A DNA stretch of 59,912 nt from Candidatus Omnitrophota bacterium (GTDB lineage: Bacteria; Omnitrophota; Gorgyraeia; Gygaellales; Profunditerraquicolaceae). Shown in pieces: positions 39,801 to 54,800 of this stretch. Under the pieces are notes generated by a model. The model searched no databases. It was not told where the DNA came from and was given only the letters and a program-made list of their open reading frames with translations. Position 1 is the stretch's first letter, and each line of letters starts with the position of its first letter. Location: NCBI GenBank assembly GCA_043797735.1, contig JAZDPH010000057.1, positions 1 to 59,912 on the forward strand, given 5' to 3'. The position numbers and the translations under genes are program-made.

Positions 39801-42800
39801 GCTTGAAGCTGAACTGTTGGTGAAATGGAACGATTGGAATCGGAGGGGGAGCTAAAAGGTAACTCTAATTGCCAAATGTATCCACTTCCATAAATACAAA
39901 CCGGTGGATTTAAAGGATCAAAGATACTGTTAATGAAACTTAGCCCGAATTCTCCAACAGAGCTTGGATGTCTAAGCTGTCCATCAGTCATTACAGTTAA
40001 CCCAAAAGGGCCTGTCTTTTGTCTTAGGTCGTTCCTATTTTCATCTTTAACAATAACTAATAACTCAATATCGTGCCCAGCTCCTTCCCGAGTACTCCCA
40101 AACCAAACAACTGCTAACAACGCATCTCCCAACTTATTCTGCAATGCTTTTCTTACTGATTCCCAAATATTTGGCAGTTCATTTACTACATTAAATACTG
40201 TATAACGTGCCAGGAATTCCTTTATCGCTATCCGCTCTTCTTCTGTTTTTTTAGGTATGATGAGTTCATAGTCTTGGCATTCGTCAGCTCCCATATAATA
40301 TTTCTTTCCTATTTTACGAGTATTCATATCAGGCATACTCTCCGCCATCTTTTGGCCGTCCCTGATAGCAGCGTCTAATGTTAAAAGATTTCCCACCCAA
40401 CGCTGACGGTTCAATAATAACCATACCAGCGCCTTACCTAACCCCTTACCATTGGGTAAGTTAGGATAGAGATGGGAAATAATTATTGTCTGCTCCTGCT
40501 GCAAGTTATAAAGTAACCTAATTTCTCCCTTTCGATAAATACCATCATCGTTTTGATATTCAATGATAAAATCAATATAACACAGCAACCCTTCGGTCAA
40601 TAGGCGCTTTGTGTTTAAAGAATTGAATAAGCCTTTTTTAAAAGAATCGACACTCACCGTCATCTTAATATTAAGCCTAAGCCTTGCTAATTCCTTCAAA
40701 TTGTAGGCACTAGGAAGCAATTCTATTATTCTCTCAAGAGAAAGCTCTACCGGCGAGGCGACGGAACCCTCGACAGAAGAAGAAGTTACGGAAGAACTGC
40801 TTCGGATGTCTTTGCTTCCTAACTCCGTGTTAGACAACGAGCTAGATACAGCATCTGGATTTTCTGGATTTACTTCTTTAGCAGAAGAATCAAATGGACC
40901 ATTTCTTCTTCTTGCTTTTCTCAATAATTCAATATCATTCGGCCTCAACTTTGACAAAGATAATAGCGGGTTCTTCTCCGACATCCTTTTACTCTTAATA
41001 GACGAGCTAGATGAATCCCCTTCCTCCGTTCTGCGTATTGTGTATTGCGCATCCTTACTTGTGACGTTGTAATTTGTTATCTCCACCGCCGAGGAAGAAA
41101 AAATGCTGCCACGCCTACCCGAAAGGACGGGATCAAATAATCTGCTATCGGGATCTCCAGGATCATAAAACACATCCCCTCTATATCTCCTCGCCCTCTT
41201 CCGCTTGCTGCTAGGTCTCCTGTCTTTTCTTGGCTTTTTGCTATATTTTCTCCTCTTCCATCTCGCCCGACGGGATTCTTTTGGAGACAAAGGAGCTAAA
41301 CGGAGTGAGGCTTTGTCGCTCTTTTGATTCAGCGAGCTGGAGCCCTGGGCCGAGGTCGCTTTATTAGCGGATAGCGTAGAGCGTTTAGCGGATAGGCCGC
41401 CGCTAGTCTCTGATTGTGTTAGCGGCGAGGCGGTATTGGTATGAATAGGGGGGACGTTTCCATTTTTACCCCCCGCCGCCGGGTTGGAAACATTAAGTTT
41501 CGATGAAGCCGCCGGCCTAAACCAGAGGCGATTATCTATCTTCCCTAACCTCTTTGCAGCCTCTTTCTCCGACATTCGCCCCGTATATACGAATCTTTCG
41601 ATAGTATGTACGCACTCCGTTACCTTTGCATTTCCCCCCCGTCCATACAACATTGCTAATAACTGAAAGTACTGCAACAATAGAGATATTCGGGACGTAC
41701 CATCCTTCAGTCCATTATTCCCATTAGCGCTTTCAATCCTTGTCCGCAAAATCTGAATTACCTCGTGGCTCGTAAGAATAACATCATGCACTACCGGCGA
41801 AGCACCGCTCTGCCTCAGCGCCGAAGAGGAGCTACTGGCGGCAGATAGAATAAAGTTAATAAAAATAGGAGGAGGTTCAAACTGTAGACGCTTTACGGAA
41901 CCATCGACAGGAGAAGAGGCCGCATAAAAAATACTTGGGATGTATTTCTTTCCTAAGTTCCTGCTAGACAACGAGCTCGATACAGCGTCTGGATTTTGTT
42001 TAAGAAAACCTGCAATCCCGGAAAAGGAATCTGGGCTGTGGTGAGTGAAATATCTTATAGATGAGAAGTATGCTATGGGCATTGTCACTGCAAGCGATAT
42101 AAAGGTTGGATGCCTTATCACTCGCCATAATTCTTTTAAATATCTAATACCCTTCACCGCCGAGGAAGAGGTGTATTTATTTTCTGGGAAGATTACCTTA
42201 ACGTTCAATCTCTTGAGATAAATATTTCCACTGGTAGTGCTTTGTGAGGGACGATGGCCATCAATGCTTACGATATCACCATCAATACCTTCTTGCATCC
42301 TCCTTCCTTTTAATCTACATTGCCCTGTCGTTTTATCAAAGGTTAACTTTTCTATCGCGCCGATATATGTTTTTCCTTCTCTTATAGCTGTAAGTGAGGC
42401 ATGATTTGATGTGACCGCAGCCGATAATATTCCGTCTACGGCCGGAATAGAAAGCTTCAGGGATTCTTCAGGAGGGATATAATCAAAGATAGCAATAATT
42501 CCTAATTCGCCTTCTCCCTGCGTATCCATTTGCTTACGCAACACCTCCACACGTCTAGCAAATTCCTCTAGTGGCACGCCGATGGCGATAAGTATTCTAC
42601 CCACCACACCATTACCGCAGACAGGCACTCCTCGAACAAAGGGCTCTTCATCACCAGCCAAAAGATCTGCATCTTTTTTCTTTTTTATCAATGGAGCCGC
42701 CCTTGATTGAAGCAAATACGTTGTAGCTCGACCTTCCAGGCTTTCAACGGTTATCTCCACATCCTGAGGCTCTCCTTCAAACACATCCAATTTGTTACAA

Positions 42801-45800
42801 ATTAGCTCGATTTGTTTAAAGCGTACGGGATGAACATCTTCCAAAACCTGAATTAATGGATCGGCTGATTGACTCCTGCTAATCAATAGGGAATGAGTCG
42901 TTAACCCTCCGACTATATCGGATCCTTGAGCACGCGGTTTGTAATCGCCGTGAGGCATACGGGCGCTGGTATCCGGATCCCGGGTAAATACTACCGCGGT
43001 TCCAGAATCTGGATTAAGATTCCCAAAAACCATCTGTTGCAAAGTGCAGGAAGTACCCCAGGCCTCGGATATCCCAAAATTCTTTCGATAGGCAGCCACG
43101 GATGGGCTATTCCAAGACTCAAAAACAGACTCTATGCATCTTAATAAAGCTTGCAAAGGATCCTTAAGGGCCTCTGCTAAATTGATGCCCTTGTCCTCTA
43201 TTTCGGCCTTAAACAATCGGATAAGGCGCCGATATTGTTGAGCGTCAAATTCATCAATGGTTATCTTTTCGTTATCCAATCCCTGTGCCTTAGCCACTTC
43301 CGACTTCATTGTGTCGATAATATCGATGAATACTCGACATCCTATGCCGGCAAAGGCTTCTGCGTAGTCCCTAAGGAATAAGCGGTAGGTATCATATACG
43401 AATCGATAGTCTCCATAAAACTGCAGCATCTTTTCAACGATAGCATCATTAAGCGCCGCATTGGTAAATGTTTTTAATTGGCCGGGCATGCTTATGAAAG
43501 AACCACCCCGGACAGAAAGTAATAAGACTGCATTTTCATCTACCCCTGCCTTTTTTCGAGCCCTCATGATTTTTTCCTGCAACGGTTTATCTAATTTTTC
43601 CAGCATAAAAGGAAACGCCTTTTTCGCAGCAACCTCAATTTGCAATACGGCATCGACTACCATTGCAACAAACTCAGGATGACGGCTGCTGTCTTTTCCC
43701 CATAATTGCGGCTGGCGGAAAACATCGGTAGTAAAACACGCCCACGGTGGTACAGACAACCCCAGCTTAGTATAGTCAAGTAAACCCTTGGCCTTCGAAC
43801 CTAAAATAACAGGAGAAATCTCCCCTCCAGCTTGAGAATAATCTGCATATAGCAGTTCATTATTCTTTCTCTTGAGAATAACGCCGTCATCAAAGGCCAA
43901 AAGACAATGTTCTATAATCTCACGGGCACTCTTAGCATATCGCTGCAGTAAATCAATAACCATACTCTCCGCTCTTAAATCACCGATAAGCTTCTCCTGG
44001 ACATATTGATAGAATCCTGCATCGTCCAATTGGCTTACTGAAGGAGAATCCCGGTATGCGCCTGCCAAATTGTTTCTGCCTATGCTCTGAGCTACCAGTT
44101 TCGGCATATTGCTAAAACTATAATTAAAGAAACTAAAATATCGGTAAAATTCATCCTCAAGTCCAGACACAACATCTCTCAACTGGCCTAAAGTGAAAGC
44201 CTGAGTTTTAAGCATGGTATTTATCTCGGTCAGGCGCCGGGCAGCCAATCCCTGGAGCTCTATCTTATCCAAAACCAATGTAATAACCTCAATAACAAAA
44301 GCTATATCGCCGACTGCTTTATCGGGCAATGGTTTTTCCTGTTTTTCAGTAACGGCCTTTACCTTCCTTATTCGTTCGATAGCCTCTTTAAACTGCCCCC
44401 GATACAAACCATCGAGTAATTCATCTTCGTGGAGTTCCAGTAGGCAAGACTCATTAAAAGAAGAAAACTTTCTTTCCCAATATTGACCATAATATCCTAC
44501 ATCTAAGAATCCCCATCTATCATTGGCGATATGACGTTTTATTGCTAATTCTTTGGTAATCTTAGGTTTCTGAACGTAAGTTAATACCATCTTTTTTATC
44601 TTGCGACGTATCTGGGCAATCTTCTTTAATGCACTCACATAATCGCCTCCCTCGATACATTTAATAACCTCTTGACTTAACGAAACGCTCGACAGATCTT
44701 GCCGCATCGATTGTACGTCGGGGTATCGTCTCCGTGTCCATATCCGCAATTTAAGAAGATGCCCGACTACTTTGCGTTCTTCTACGCTTCCTTTTTGAGT
44801 TTTCGCAAAAAATGAATCCAGCTCCTCAAGCGGTATCAATAGAGGATCCCCGGCCAAGGCCTTTACCTCTTCATAAATCTGATGCAAAGACTCAACAAAA
44901 TCCTCGCCTAGGCTATAGAAAACCTCGCTGAGCGCCTCTGGTTTGATAAAACGTTTTATTAAACGCCCGCGTTTCTTTTCTATCGCTAAGAGAATCGTTT
45001 CAATAAAATCCTTATCATTAGAGCTGGGCTCTCGGTGCAATTTTAGTCGTATATATCGCAAGAGGTTATTTTGTCCTCTATAAATATCATCTAACTCCGC
45101 ACTCGCATCCCTTATTCTCTTTGAATAAGAATCACTTCTGTCTAAACTGTAGGGGATAGAATGAATTAGCATTGCCACCAGATAATAGACATCTCCGATA
45201 TTATCATTCAACAGTTCGCTGATTGCCTCCTGCACAAAGTCGCCTTCATAAAATTCAATCAATTTAAGCCTCAGCGCTACGATGAGAAATACGATTATTT
45301 GAAATCCGCCAACCGGATCATTACAAACGGCTTTCAGAAAACTTCTTATCATTTTTGCATCAATACTTACCGCGCTGGCTAATATTAGAATAAGAACATC
45401 TTGAATGAGTTGAGGATTTCTCTCTTTCAAAGCCTCAACAATCGCCAATTGTGGCGCCCATTTTCTCTTCCCTAATTCTGCGTTCGCCAGGAATTTAAAG
45501 GTTTCTATATCGGGCATATCTGCCATCACGACCCAGTTGCTGAGCGAAGCAAAACCACATCGGCGCAATAACTCATTAAACACCTCTTCCGTCAGGCTGC
45601 GACGAAATTCAAAAAGTTTATCTAATCTATCCTGAAGCCTTAGCACATCCTCCGCAGAAAGATTCACCGTAAAAAATACCGAGTGGATAAAATCGGAAAA
45701 GGTGGGGAATCCCACTTTGGCAAAAATATCTTTTGCCAAAGAATTAACAATGCCTTCTCCTGCCTCCCCATATAAATACAGCAGATCTTTCGGTTGCATA

Positions 45801-48800
45801 CAAGGAGCAAGGCAATCTAAAATAACGGCTGCGTATTTACGGGTATTCATATCTCCCTTTTCAATTAGACTCTCTAATAGCGACTGCATTGCGAAAGCTT
45901 GCACTCCTTTATTCGTTAATGCCTGCTTCGCAGCCGATCGAACATCCTTAGGTTCAAAAGGTGCGGTTAACCTTAACAAATGCGTAACCCCATAGGGGCC
46001 GGTTAACCCAAATGCCTGCGCACTGTAAAAACGAATGTCGCCTGATTTATCTGACTTAAAAATATCCTCTATCTTATTAAAGGCGAGCTTTCTGGCCTCA
46101 TCTGAAACATCGACACCAGAGAGAAGCTTACTAATAATCTGAAGGCTAAAAGAATTGAACAACTCCCAAGGCCTAAACAGGCCACTCTCCAAGAATGCCT
46201 TACGTAACTGGCCTATATTTGTAAGATTATCTTTTACTAAGGCATTTATCTGCTTGCGCCGTGTATCCGTAATCTTGCTCCATACTCCAAACTTTAAGAT
46301 AGTCGCCAATATCTCTTGTGCCGCAAAAAGCACCTCCTTATCTTCGGGCCCTAAGGTAGGCCAATCCAACTGATACTCCCGGGCCATCTCTTCCAGATTT
46401 ACGGAGCTGTTCGCTTCCCTATTTTTACCCCCCACCGGCGAGCTTGCTCCCTGCGCCGGGGCCGCTGAAGCGGTGACTTTTGTCATTGCGAGGCGCGCAT
46501 TCGCTTCGCTCAGTCTAAACTCCGCGCCGAAGTAATCTCTGGCTGCCTCCACCGGCGATGTGGCGGAACGATTCATTTCTCTAATAATCCTGATTTCACT
46601 AGGGAATAAAGATTGAGCTCCTCTCGCCTCTAAAATTACCTTTAACAAACCAGGATGCCCACTATAAATTAATTTTTCCACCACCGGATACACATCTTCT
46701 CTAACTCTAGATTTAGTTATGTCTTTTTTTGTTTCTGCTAATACACCAAGATATTCGGCAGCAGCAAATAAGTCAATCCTATGCCATCTCTTACTGCTGT
46801 GATTTCTAAATTTATCGTTATTATTTAAAGTCTCTATAACATCTGCTGCTTTGAGAATTCCTGTAAGCAGCCTTATCTCTTCATCGGCATCCGAAGGCAT
46901 CCGTTCAGGATAAGTATGGTCCTTAACAATAGTATAGATATCCTCAGTCAGAAGGAAACCCATTGTACTTTCAAGCTGCTTAATAATTCCTGCCCCCCGT
47001 CCAGCGTGGTCAAACAATATGAACAAGTTATCTTTAATACCTTCCCGCAAAGAAACTTTCCCTGTCGATTCAATAATCACTAAATTTGTTAGATCCTCGC
47101 TCTTTATGCCTCCTGTTGACAATTTTTTATTTATTTCCTGTTCGATGCATTCTATCACTTGTTGGAATATAGTGGCCCCCTTTGGCCTCGTCTCGATTTC
47201 GTGCTGTTTCTTAAGTTTCTTTATCTCCGAAACCATTTTCCAATTAAGCCCATTATAACCAATGTCGTGCAGTAACGCTGCCACTCTCAATTTCTCTACG
47301 GAAGCTTTTTCCAAACCCATCTCTTCTGCAATTATAACAGCTATCTCAGCAACTCTTTTGGCATGGTTACGATAAATCTCTGGCGGTAAATTTTCATCAT
47401 ATAAATCCAAGACCTGTTCTACGTTCAAACTAGAGCAAGCAGACAAAGGCGAATTCATAGACTCCTCCTCCACCGCCGAGCCCGCCTGCGGCGAGATTTC
47501 GCCGTTCTTTTGCTTCAGCGAGTTGGAGCCCTGCGCCGGGGCCGCTTTATTAGCACTTAGCGCCAAACCGGAAGCCTTCTTAGCCTTAGGAATAACTGTA
47601 CTAAATTTTTTAGCAGTGCCCCACCAAAGAATCTCTTCTCCATGATGCGGAAACCACACTTTTACTCTTAGGTTTTCTTTTAACCCTGCAACTTGAACAA
47701 CCGCGCATAAGCCAATTGGAATATAATTTATTTTATCCCCCGCTCGTGGCAATATCGCAACATTTGCCGGTTCCAACGGCTCTATCTCCGGTGCCGGCAG
47801 AAACTTTCCCTGCTTAATCTCCTTATAATCATAGCCGGCGGCAGTTACTGCTTTTTCCCAGGTTCCAAAATGATACCGGCCAGCGTAATACAAGGAACTG
47901 TGTTTCTCTTGCATATAGGTTACGTTTAGTTTATCGCTGCCTTCTTCTTCGGCTATCCGCTTGATTTCGGATATAACCTTCTTTTTTGACCAAGACCCTA
48001 CCTGCTTAATCTCATCATAATTATAGCCGGCGGCAGTTACTGCCTTTTCCCAGGTTCCAAAATAACGGCAGCCATTATTATACAAAGAGCTGTGTTTCTC
48101 TTGCATATAGGTTACGTTTAGTTTATCGCTGCCTTCTTTTTTGGCTATTCGCTGGATTTCGGATATAACCTTCTTTTTTGACTGGGACTCTGTCTGCCTA
48201 ATCTCATCATAATTATAGCCGGCGGCAGTTACTGCCTTTTCCCAGGTTCCAAAATAACGGCAGCCAGCATGATACAAGGAACCGTGTTTCTTTTGCATAT
48301 AGGTTACGTTTAGTTTATCGCTGCCTTCTTTTTTGGCTATTCGCTGGATTTCGGATATAACCTTCTTTTTTGACCGTTTTTGACGTTTATTTTTTTTCTG
48401 CTCCCCTGGGATTGCACATATCGCTCTCTCTAATGCTTCATTTATATTAGCAATATGTAACTCAAGATCGGATATTATATCTAAATCACCGCGAACATCC
48501 GCTCCTGGAGCATTTAATGCAAGCTCTATCTCTTTAAGTGATAATTTACTATCTCGACTATGCTTTTGGATGAGCTTAGCTGTATGCTTAATTGTCTCCT
48601 TGTATATTTGCGAAGCCATCTCCTGAATTGACATCCCCTGGTCTAATAACCCGGCTGTTTTCTGCTCCTCTTCTCTTAAGCTAATCTCAAGCCCATCAAT
48701 CAACCTGCTAATTATCCCAGTACCGGACAACTTACTCTTACTTAAGGCTATTATATCTAATTTTCCGATCTTGCCTAGTTTTCTCAAAATTACCAAAACC

Positions 48801-51800
48801 TTTGCGTTATAATCTACATCATTAGGATCAAACTCAATTCCCCTGCTCGCATCTTTAGCTATCGTGCTGGAAGAATCAATTTTTCCCCCCGCCGAGGAGG
48901 CGGATTTTACCTGCGAGGCGGGGTTTATAGAGATAGAGGAATGTTTTTTCAAAGAATTTAGTGACGAAGAGCTCTTATTTTTACCAAACTGTAGACGCTT
49001 TACGGAACCCTCGACAGAAGAAGAAGTTACAGAAGAAATACTTTGGGGGTCTTTGCTTTCTAACGTTCCTTTAGACAACGAGCTAGATACAGCGTCTGGA
49101 TTTTTCTCAGATGTGCCAATAGGGAACGTTTCTGTTTTTTCTTCCCTCACCGCCGAGCTGCTCTTCGGCAGGATTAAATGCCTGGTGGTGGCGCTGCGGG
49201 CTAATTCGATAAACTCTGGATCGCCTGCCAGCTTTTCAATTACTCTTAAAACCCTCGGATCGCTATTTAACTTCTTAAGCAGCCTTTCGGCCCAGGAGAT
49301 CATCACAGCCGGGTCAAACTGCGCATGCTCCCTCGTAGCGAGAGGATTAAGAGAAAACAAATTCATTACTTTTATATTTAAGTTGAGCAATGAACAGGCT
49401 CCGGCGCCCAGCAGAGGGCTGGAGAGGGAAGAAATAGGAGAAGCCGACTTAGTATCCAAGCCCAGAAAGAAGGGCCTAAGGAATTCTTCTCTTATATCCC
49501 GCATATCCTGAACAGAACAATCTTCCATATTTCTAGAAAAAAGAACTCCTGAATTAGCATAGATGATTAATTCTGCCGGGAGAAAGAGAAAGAGAAGGTA
49601 ATCCTCCTTCTTTGTAAAGGCAACATATCGCTTCCCATGGCCCTTTTTCTCATCAATTCTGGTTATTTCTTCTTGGCCCTTAGGCTTATTGCTTTTTGGC
49701 AATAGGATTTTAATAAACCGCCCATCAAAACTGGTAGAATTGATCTCTTCGCTCTTCTGTCTATTTAATATTTTACGTAACTTATGGCTCTCAACAATCC
49801 TCTGCCGGTTATCTGTATTACCAAAGTAATTCCTCATAACCCGCCCAATAAAGCCCTGCACAATATCATCACTTAATAAATCTTTTATCTGTACCGTTCG
49901 TTTGTCATTTGGCGCTATGCCTGAAGACCACTCTTGTGCCTCTGAATCATAGAAGAATACACGCCCTGTATTGAAAACAATAAAAAGCATATTTGTAGGC
50001 TTTGCCATATCAATCAAAATCTTAACAGCAAGGCAGCCGCCACGCCCGCTCTGACGCGGAATTAAAGCTACAAGGCCTGAAAGATAATGCCCTAATTGCA
50101 ACCTTACCTTGTTAATCGTCACCCTTACGCTAGGGGCATTTATTTTTATCAATTGCTGATTTTCTAATTTACCTACAAGAATCTTAATTTCTTCGCCAGC
50201 ATCAGATAAGCCTTCCGGTAAATTCTCCACAGCGCTCTCTATGGCCTGCTTAATGGCAGCTAATTTTTCCTCCGATATTATTCTCTTTTTTACTTTAGAT
50301 CTTGTCGCTTCTGCTTTTTCTGCCCATCTCTTAATTTCCTTCTCTTTGGATTCTCTAATTGCCCGCCTCAATCGCAAAAGGTTTGTATATAGATACACGG
50401 CTTGCTTCATTGCCCCATCCAAACCAGTGCCTTCATAATTACTTTCATATCTAACTTTAAAATATTTATCTTGCTCTTCTGTAACCCGCTCAATTGCCTC
50501 AATCTCCTCAGGATTTTCACAATTATTCAATATCAATCTATCTATCCACGCGCCTTCTTGATCAAATAATGCCAACCTAACAAGAGCCCATAGCGCTCTA
50601 TCCCTATATAATAAGCCTTCATTCTCATCATTAGAAAACAAAGAAACTAAGCTGTCTCTTACAAACCGATTTTTCCAATCAAGCCTTTCTTGATAAGTTA
50701 ATACAAAAGCGCCTTGTTCATTTTTTGGATTATGCCAATATATTTCTTTCATCAACTCTAATATATGCCACTTATTTTCTTCTTGAAGAAAGCCTAAATA
50801 CAACCTCAATAAACCTACGCCTGGAAAATTAAAATAAAGCTCCGCCAAAATATCTGTTAGGTCCCTGTTGTACTCGCGAGCCCCTCCAGCTATTCCTTTA
50901 ACTCCATTTCTATGAACCAGTTTCATTTGCGCTTTATTATATTTTTCCTCTTCGAGAGATGATTCGTCTTGAAACCCTGATATTTTAAAATAAGCAGAAA
51001 CTAATTCGGAAAGTCCTTTATTAATCGCCTCTTCTATCCCAAGAATATCCTGCCAGTCTTCATAAAAATCTTCCCATGAGAAATGCCTTATTATCTCTTT
51101 TATAACTTTTTTGAAGGAATTAATAGCTTCTCCGGGACAAAACGCAATTATTTTCTGTCCTTGGTTCGTATATAAATTATCTTCTATTTGTTTATTAAAA
51201 TAATCCTCTATATGGCTCTTTAATTGGCCGGCAATCTGCCCGCAAATTTCCTGTTGATTCGCATTACTAAAAAGTTGATAGATGATATATAAAGCATTAT
51301 AGAAATTGGGCTCTTTATTTCTTAATCCAGCAATAATGGCCTTATTGAAGCTTGTGCGGAATGCTTCTTCTTCAATGATTGTTTTTACAACTATTTTTTG
51401 ATGGGCCTTTGATATTGGGTTTTCATAATACAAAGGATGTATTAAATCTGCTAATTTTTTAATGACTTTATCTTCGCACATAGCCATTATGGCCTGGACT
51501 CTCTTTATCAAATTTTCAATTATTTTTTCTTTCTTATTTGCCCCCTTCCCTGCTGTTTGCTTTACAGAACTAGAGGCAGCGCCGGCGGGAGAACTGCTCA
51601 CTACTGACGAACTAGAACAAGCCATAAGCGGAACTTTGACAGCAAGCGGCGCTGTTGAAAGCGCTTTCCTTGAGCGTAAAAATAAAAGGCCGGAGGCTTT
51701 GCTCCAAATTAAAATAAACCCCGCTGGAAAAGGCCTGTTCCCCGCCAGCCACGGAGGGCAGAACAGAGCCGTTAATATTTCCAGCGGGGCATAGAATAAG

Positions 51801-54800
51801 GAGATTGGGCCGTTTCTATCCTCCACCGCCGAGGAGCTAGAGCGTTCTATAGGGAGGAGGTTATTCTCATTGAGATTATTCTTAGTAAATTTTTGTATAA
51901 TCAATTCAACCTGCGTTTTTGCAGCATCTATAATTTTTACTTCCGGACCTAATGCCTCTTTGATTAAAGATGTTATATAACCATAATGACTGCATCCCAA
52001 AATTAGCGCCTCTATATTTCGTGAGTTAAAATATCCTAAATTTCGCCCTATTAATTCCTTAAGCTTCTTTGCTGCATCCGGACTTTCCAAATTATCTCCT
52101 TCGATTACCATAATAACTTCATCGGGAAATGCCCTAGAAAATATTTTAATTCTCTCATCCAGTCCTGTTAAGGCATCTGAGAAAGCATTACTTTCTATTG
52201 TTCGCGGCGTAGCTACAATTCCAACCCTTTTAAATCCGAATTCTATCACTGCCTTGGTTACAGGCTTAATGAAACCTATTACTTCTCTATTCTTACCCTC
52301 TTTCTCTAAATATTCCTTTGTCATTTGCAAACAAAGTGCTGAAATAGTTCTACAGGCAAAAACAATAGTCTCAGGGTCGTGCATATTTAGACAGGACTTA
52401 ACTTGCGTTAATGTAATACGTTGAATTTGTTCAACCGGTTTCGAGCCAATGGGGGCTACTTGCATATTATAGTAACCTATAGTTTGCAAAGGCAACTGAG
52501 ACAAAATTGCATTAAATACATTAAGGCCGCCTATACCTGAATCGAAAACCATAATATCCTTTTTGTTCTGCTTTATCCCTGAAGAAATGGCGGAGCTGCT
52601 TTCTTCCACTAATGCTACTGGTAAACTGGAAACCCGCGTCGCTTCCGCCGCGCCTGCGGCACAAGCTGATTCTGTTGCCGCCGGACTGCCGGCAGATTTA
52701 ATTCGTCCTACCGTAATTTCAATAGCATTGTCGTCTATTAGTTCTATTTGTTCCAATTCCTCCTTTATATACTCGTCAAGCGGCTTATTTCGCCCTTGGC
52801 CCCTTAAACATTTAGGCACCTCAAGATTTAAACACCACGTATAAATTTTATCTATACATTCTATTCCATCATAGTCTTCTGTAATATTAATTCTCTTATC
52901 TAGTTCCCATAATGCATTAAGGATTGTGTTCAATAGATTCTCTTCTTCCACGAGCGTCTTTACTACAAGCCTCCTTTTTATAAGCAGCCCCGCTTGCCTG
53001 GCTTCTTCATGCTCCTGGCTTCTTACGTCCGCTATTTTTCCTAACCGCTTAAATGCTGCATCCTTCTTTGAATTATCAAGCCTGAAAAACACAACAATAC
53101 AATATCTGCCGGATATCCAATAAGCTTTGATATGCTCAACAGCCCCTCCAAACTGCCTAATAATCCCGGTGATTTCCCTCCTTATCCCCGGCCGGTCGTA
53201 TTTAGGGTAAAATTTTAAATAAACATATCCCTCGGGAACCTTCACTTGTTTTCCTGCGAAAGGCATTGTCTGTTTCATTGTTGCCTTAATATAATTTTTC
53301 TTTTTAATTTCTTCTGGCAAAGAATAGAAAAACTTACTCCCAATTATTGTTAATCTATCAGGAAGAGACGTAAACTCCTTTTGATAAGCCTTCTTATTAG
53401 AAAAAGGAGTGGTTATTTTCTTGCAGGCTGCCGATAGCGCGCTAATTGTAATATTATGTTTCTTAACCGTTTCTTCAATAATTTGCCGAGCTTTCTTACG
53501 AATATCCTTTTTCTGACGCTTGTTTTCTTTGCGGTAATAGTGTGTAATAATAATCGTTAGGAGGCGCTGCAGCGCCATATCGTCTTCTTTGCTTATTGAA
53601 CTGCTTGCGGCCCGATGCCCCTCTGCCGGGCTGGAAGAAATGCTATTCCCGGAGCGGGTAGAGGCAACTATCTCTCTAATCGCCTTTGAGATTTTGTGCG
53701 GATGGTGATGGCTCTTTTGCCGTTTATCTTCAAAATCCCCCCTCACTACCCTTATTCCCATGTACTCTATAACACCTGTCTCGAGCAGGACGTGATACCA
53801 TTTAGGTGCAACCGCGTCGTTGACCAAGGTATAGTCAAGATACTGCGCAGGTAAAGCGGGCTCATCATCTGATTGCTTCAAATAAGCTAATACCGTCTCT
53901 ACTATATCGCCGGCAGTAAAAGTGTCTGGTGTTTCTGCGAAAGATTCCCTGAAATTCCACCATGAGATATTAGGTATTAGAATTTTAAGGGCGCGGGACT
54001 GGCGAATCGCCTTAGCGACTCCCTTAACTGATAGGACAGGAATATAGCTTGTAAAGATACTGCCGGGGCCGATGATTATTACGTCTGCCTCTCTGATAGC
54101 TTCCAGCGCCTCTTTGACCGCCTCAGGCGGCTCAACCTTTTCGTAGGCCTCCCCCTTTCTCTTTACAAAGAATACTCTTGAAATTCTATCTTTTGGATTT
54201 AAATGGTGGCTAATCTCATGTTCTCCAACAATAATCTGGCGCTTCTGAGTTTCACAGGCGATATCTAAATTAGCTAAAGTCACCGGAATCACTTGGGCAT
54301 ATTTACTTACCCCTAAAACATCGCATACCTGCCTAACAGCTTCAGACAAATCGTTTCCTGCTTGAAAGTATTCACTGGCTAAGATGAGGTTGCCCACCTT
54401 TGCGCCAAACAGGTTAAAGTTGGGGCCATCCCTAATTTTCTGCGCGATAAAGTACTCTATAGAACCTTGGAGAAATTCTTTAATATCAAGGGGAAGGCCG
54501 GCGCCTTGAATTTGTATTATCTTCTCCAGCTCCGCCATAAGCTGCTCGTTATCTTTTTCGGTTTCTTTTGCTTTCGGAAATCTATGATTAAATATAGCCT
54601 GAAGTATCGTGCCATACTTAGCCTTAGACAATAAAGTAACTAATCTATTCCGCAGGTCTCCAACCGCAGGCATATCTAAGGCCTTCCGTAAGCGACCTGT
54701 AGTTTCTCCATTATCAAATACAGTTGTAATATTAGTAATCCGAGCCCCCTCCTTCATAAGCCCTTCAACCACTCTCTCTGGGCCAGACCCTCCGCCGATA

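Noticed and set aside
47815-48375. Possible CRISPR array (also considered for the linker and 105-bp repeats)
   Set aside because: Units are coding tandem repeats or irregularly spaced; there are no constant-length unique spacers and no cas genes.
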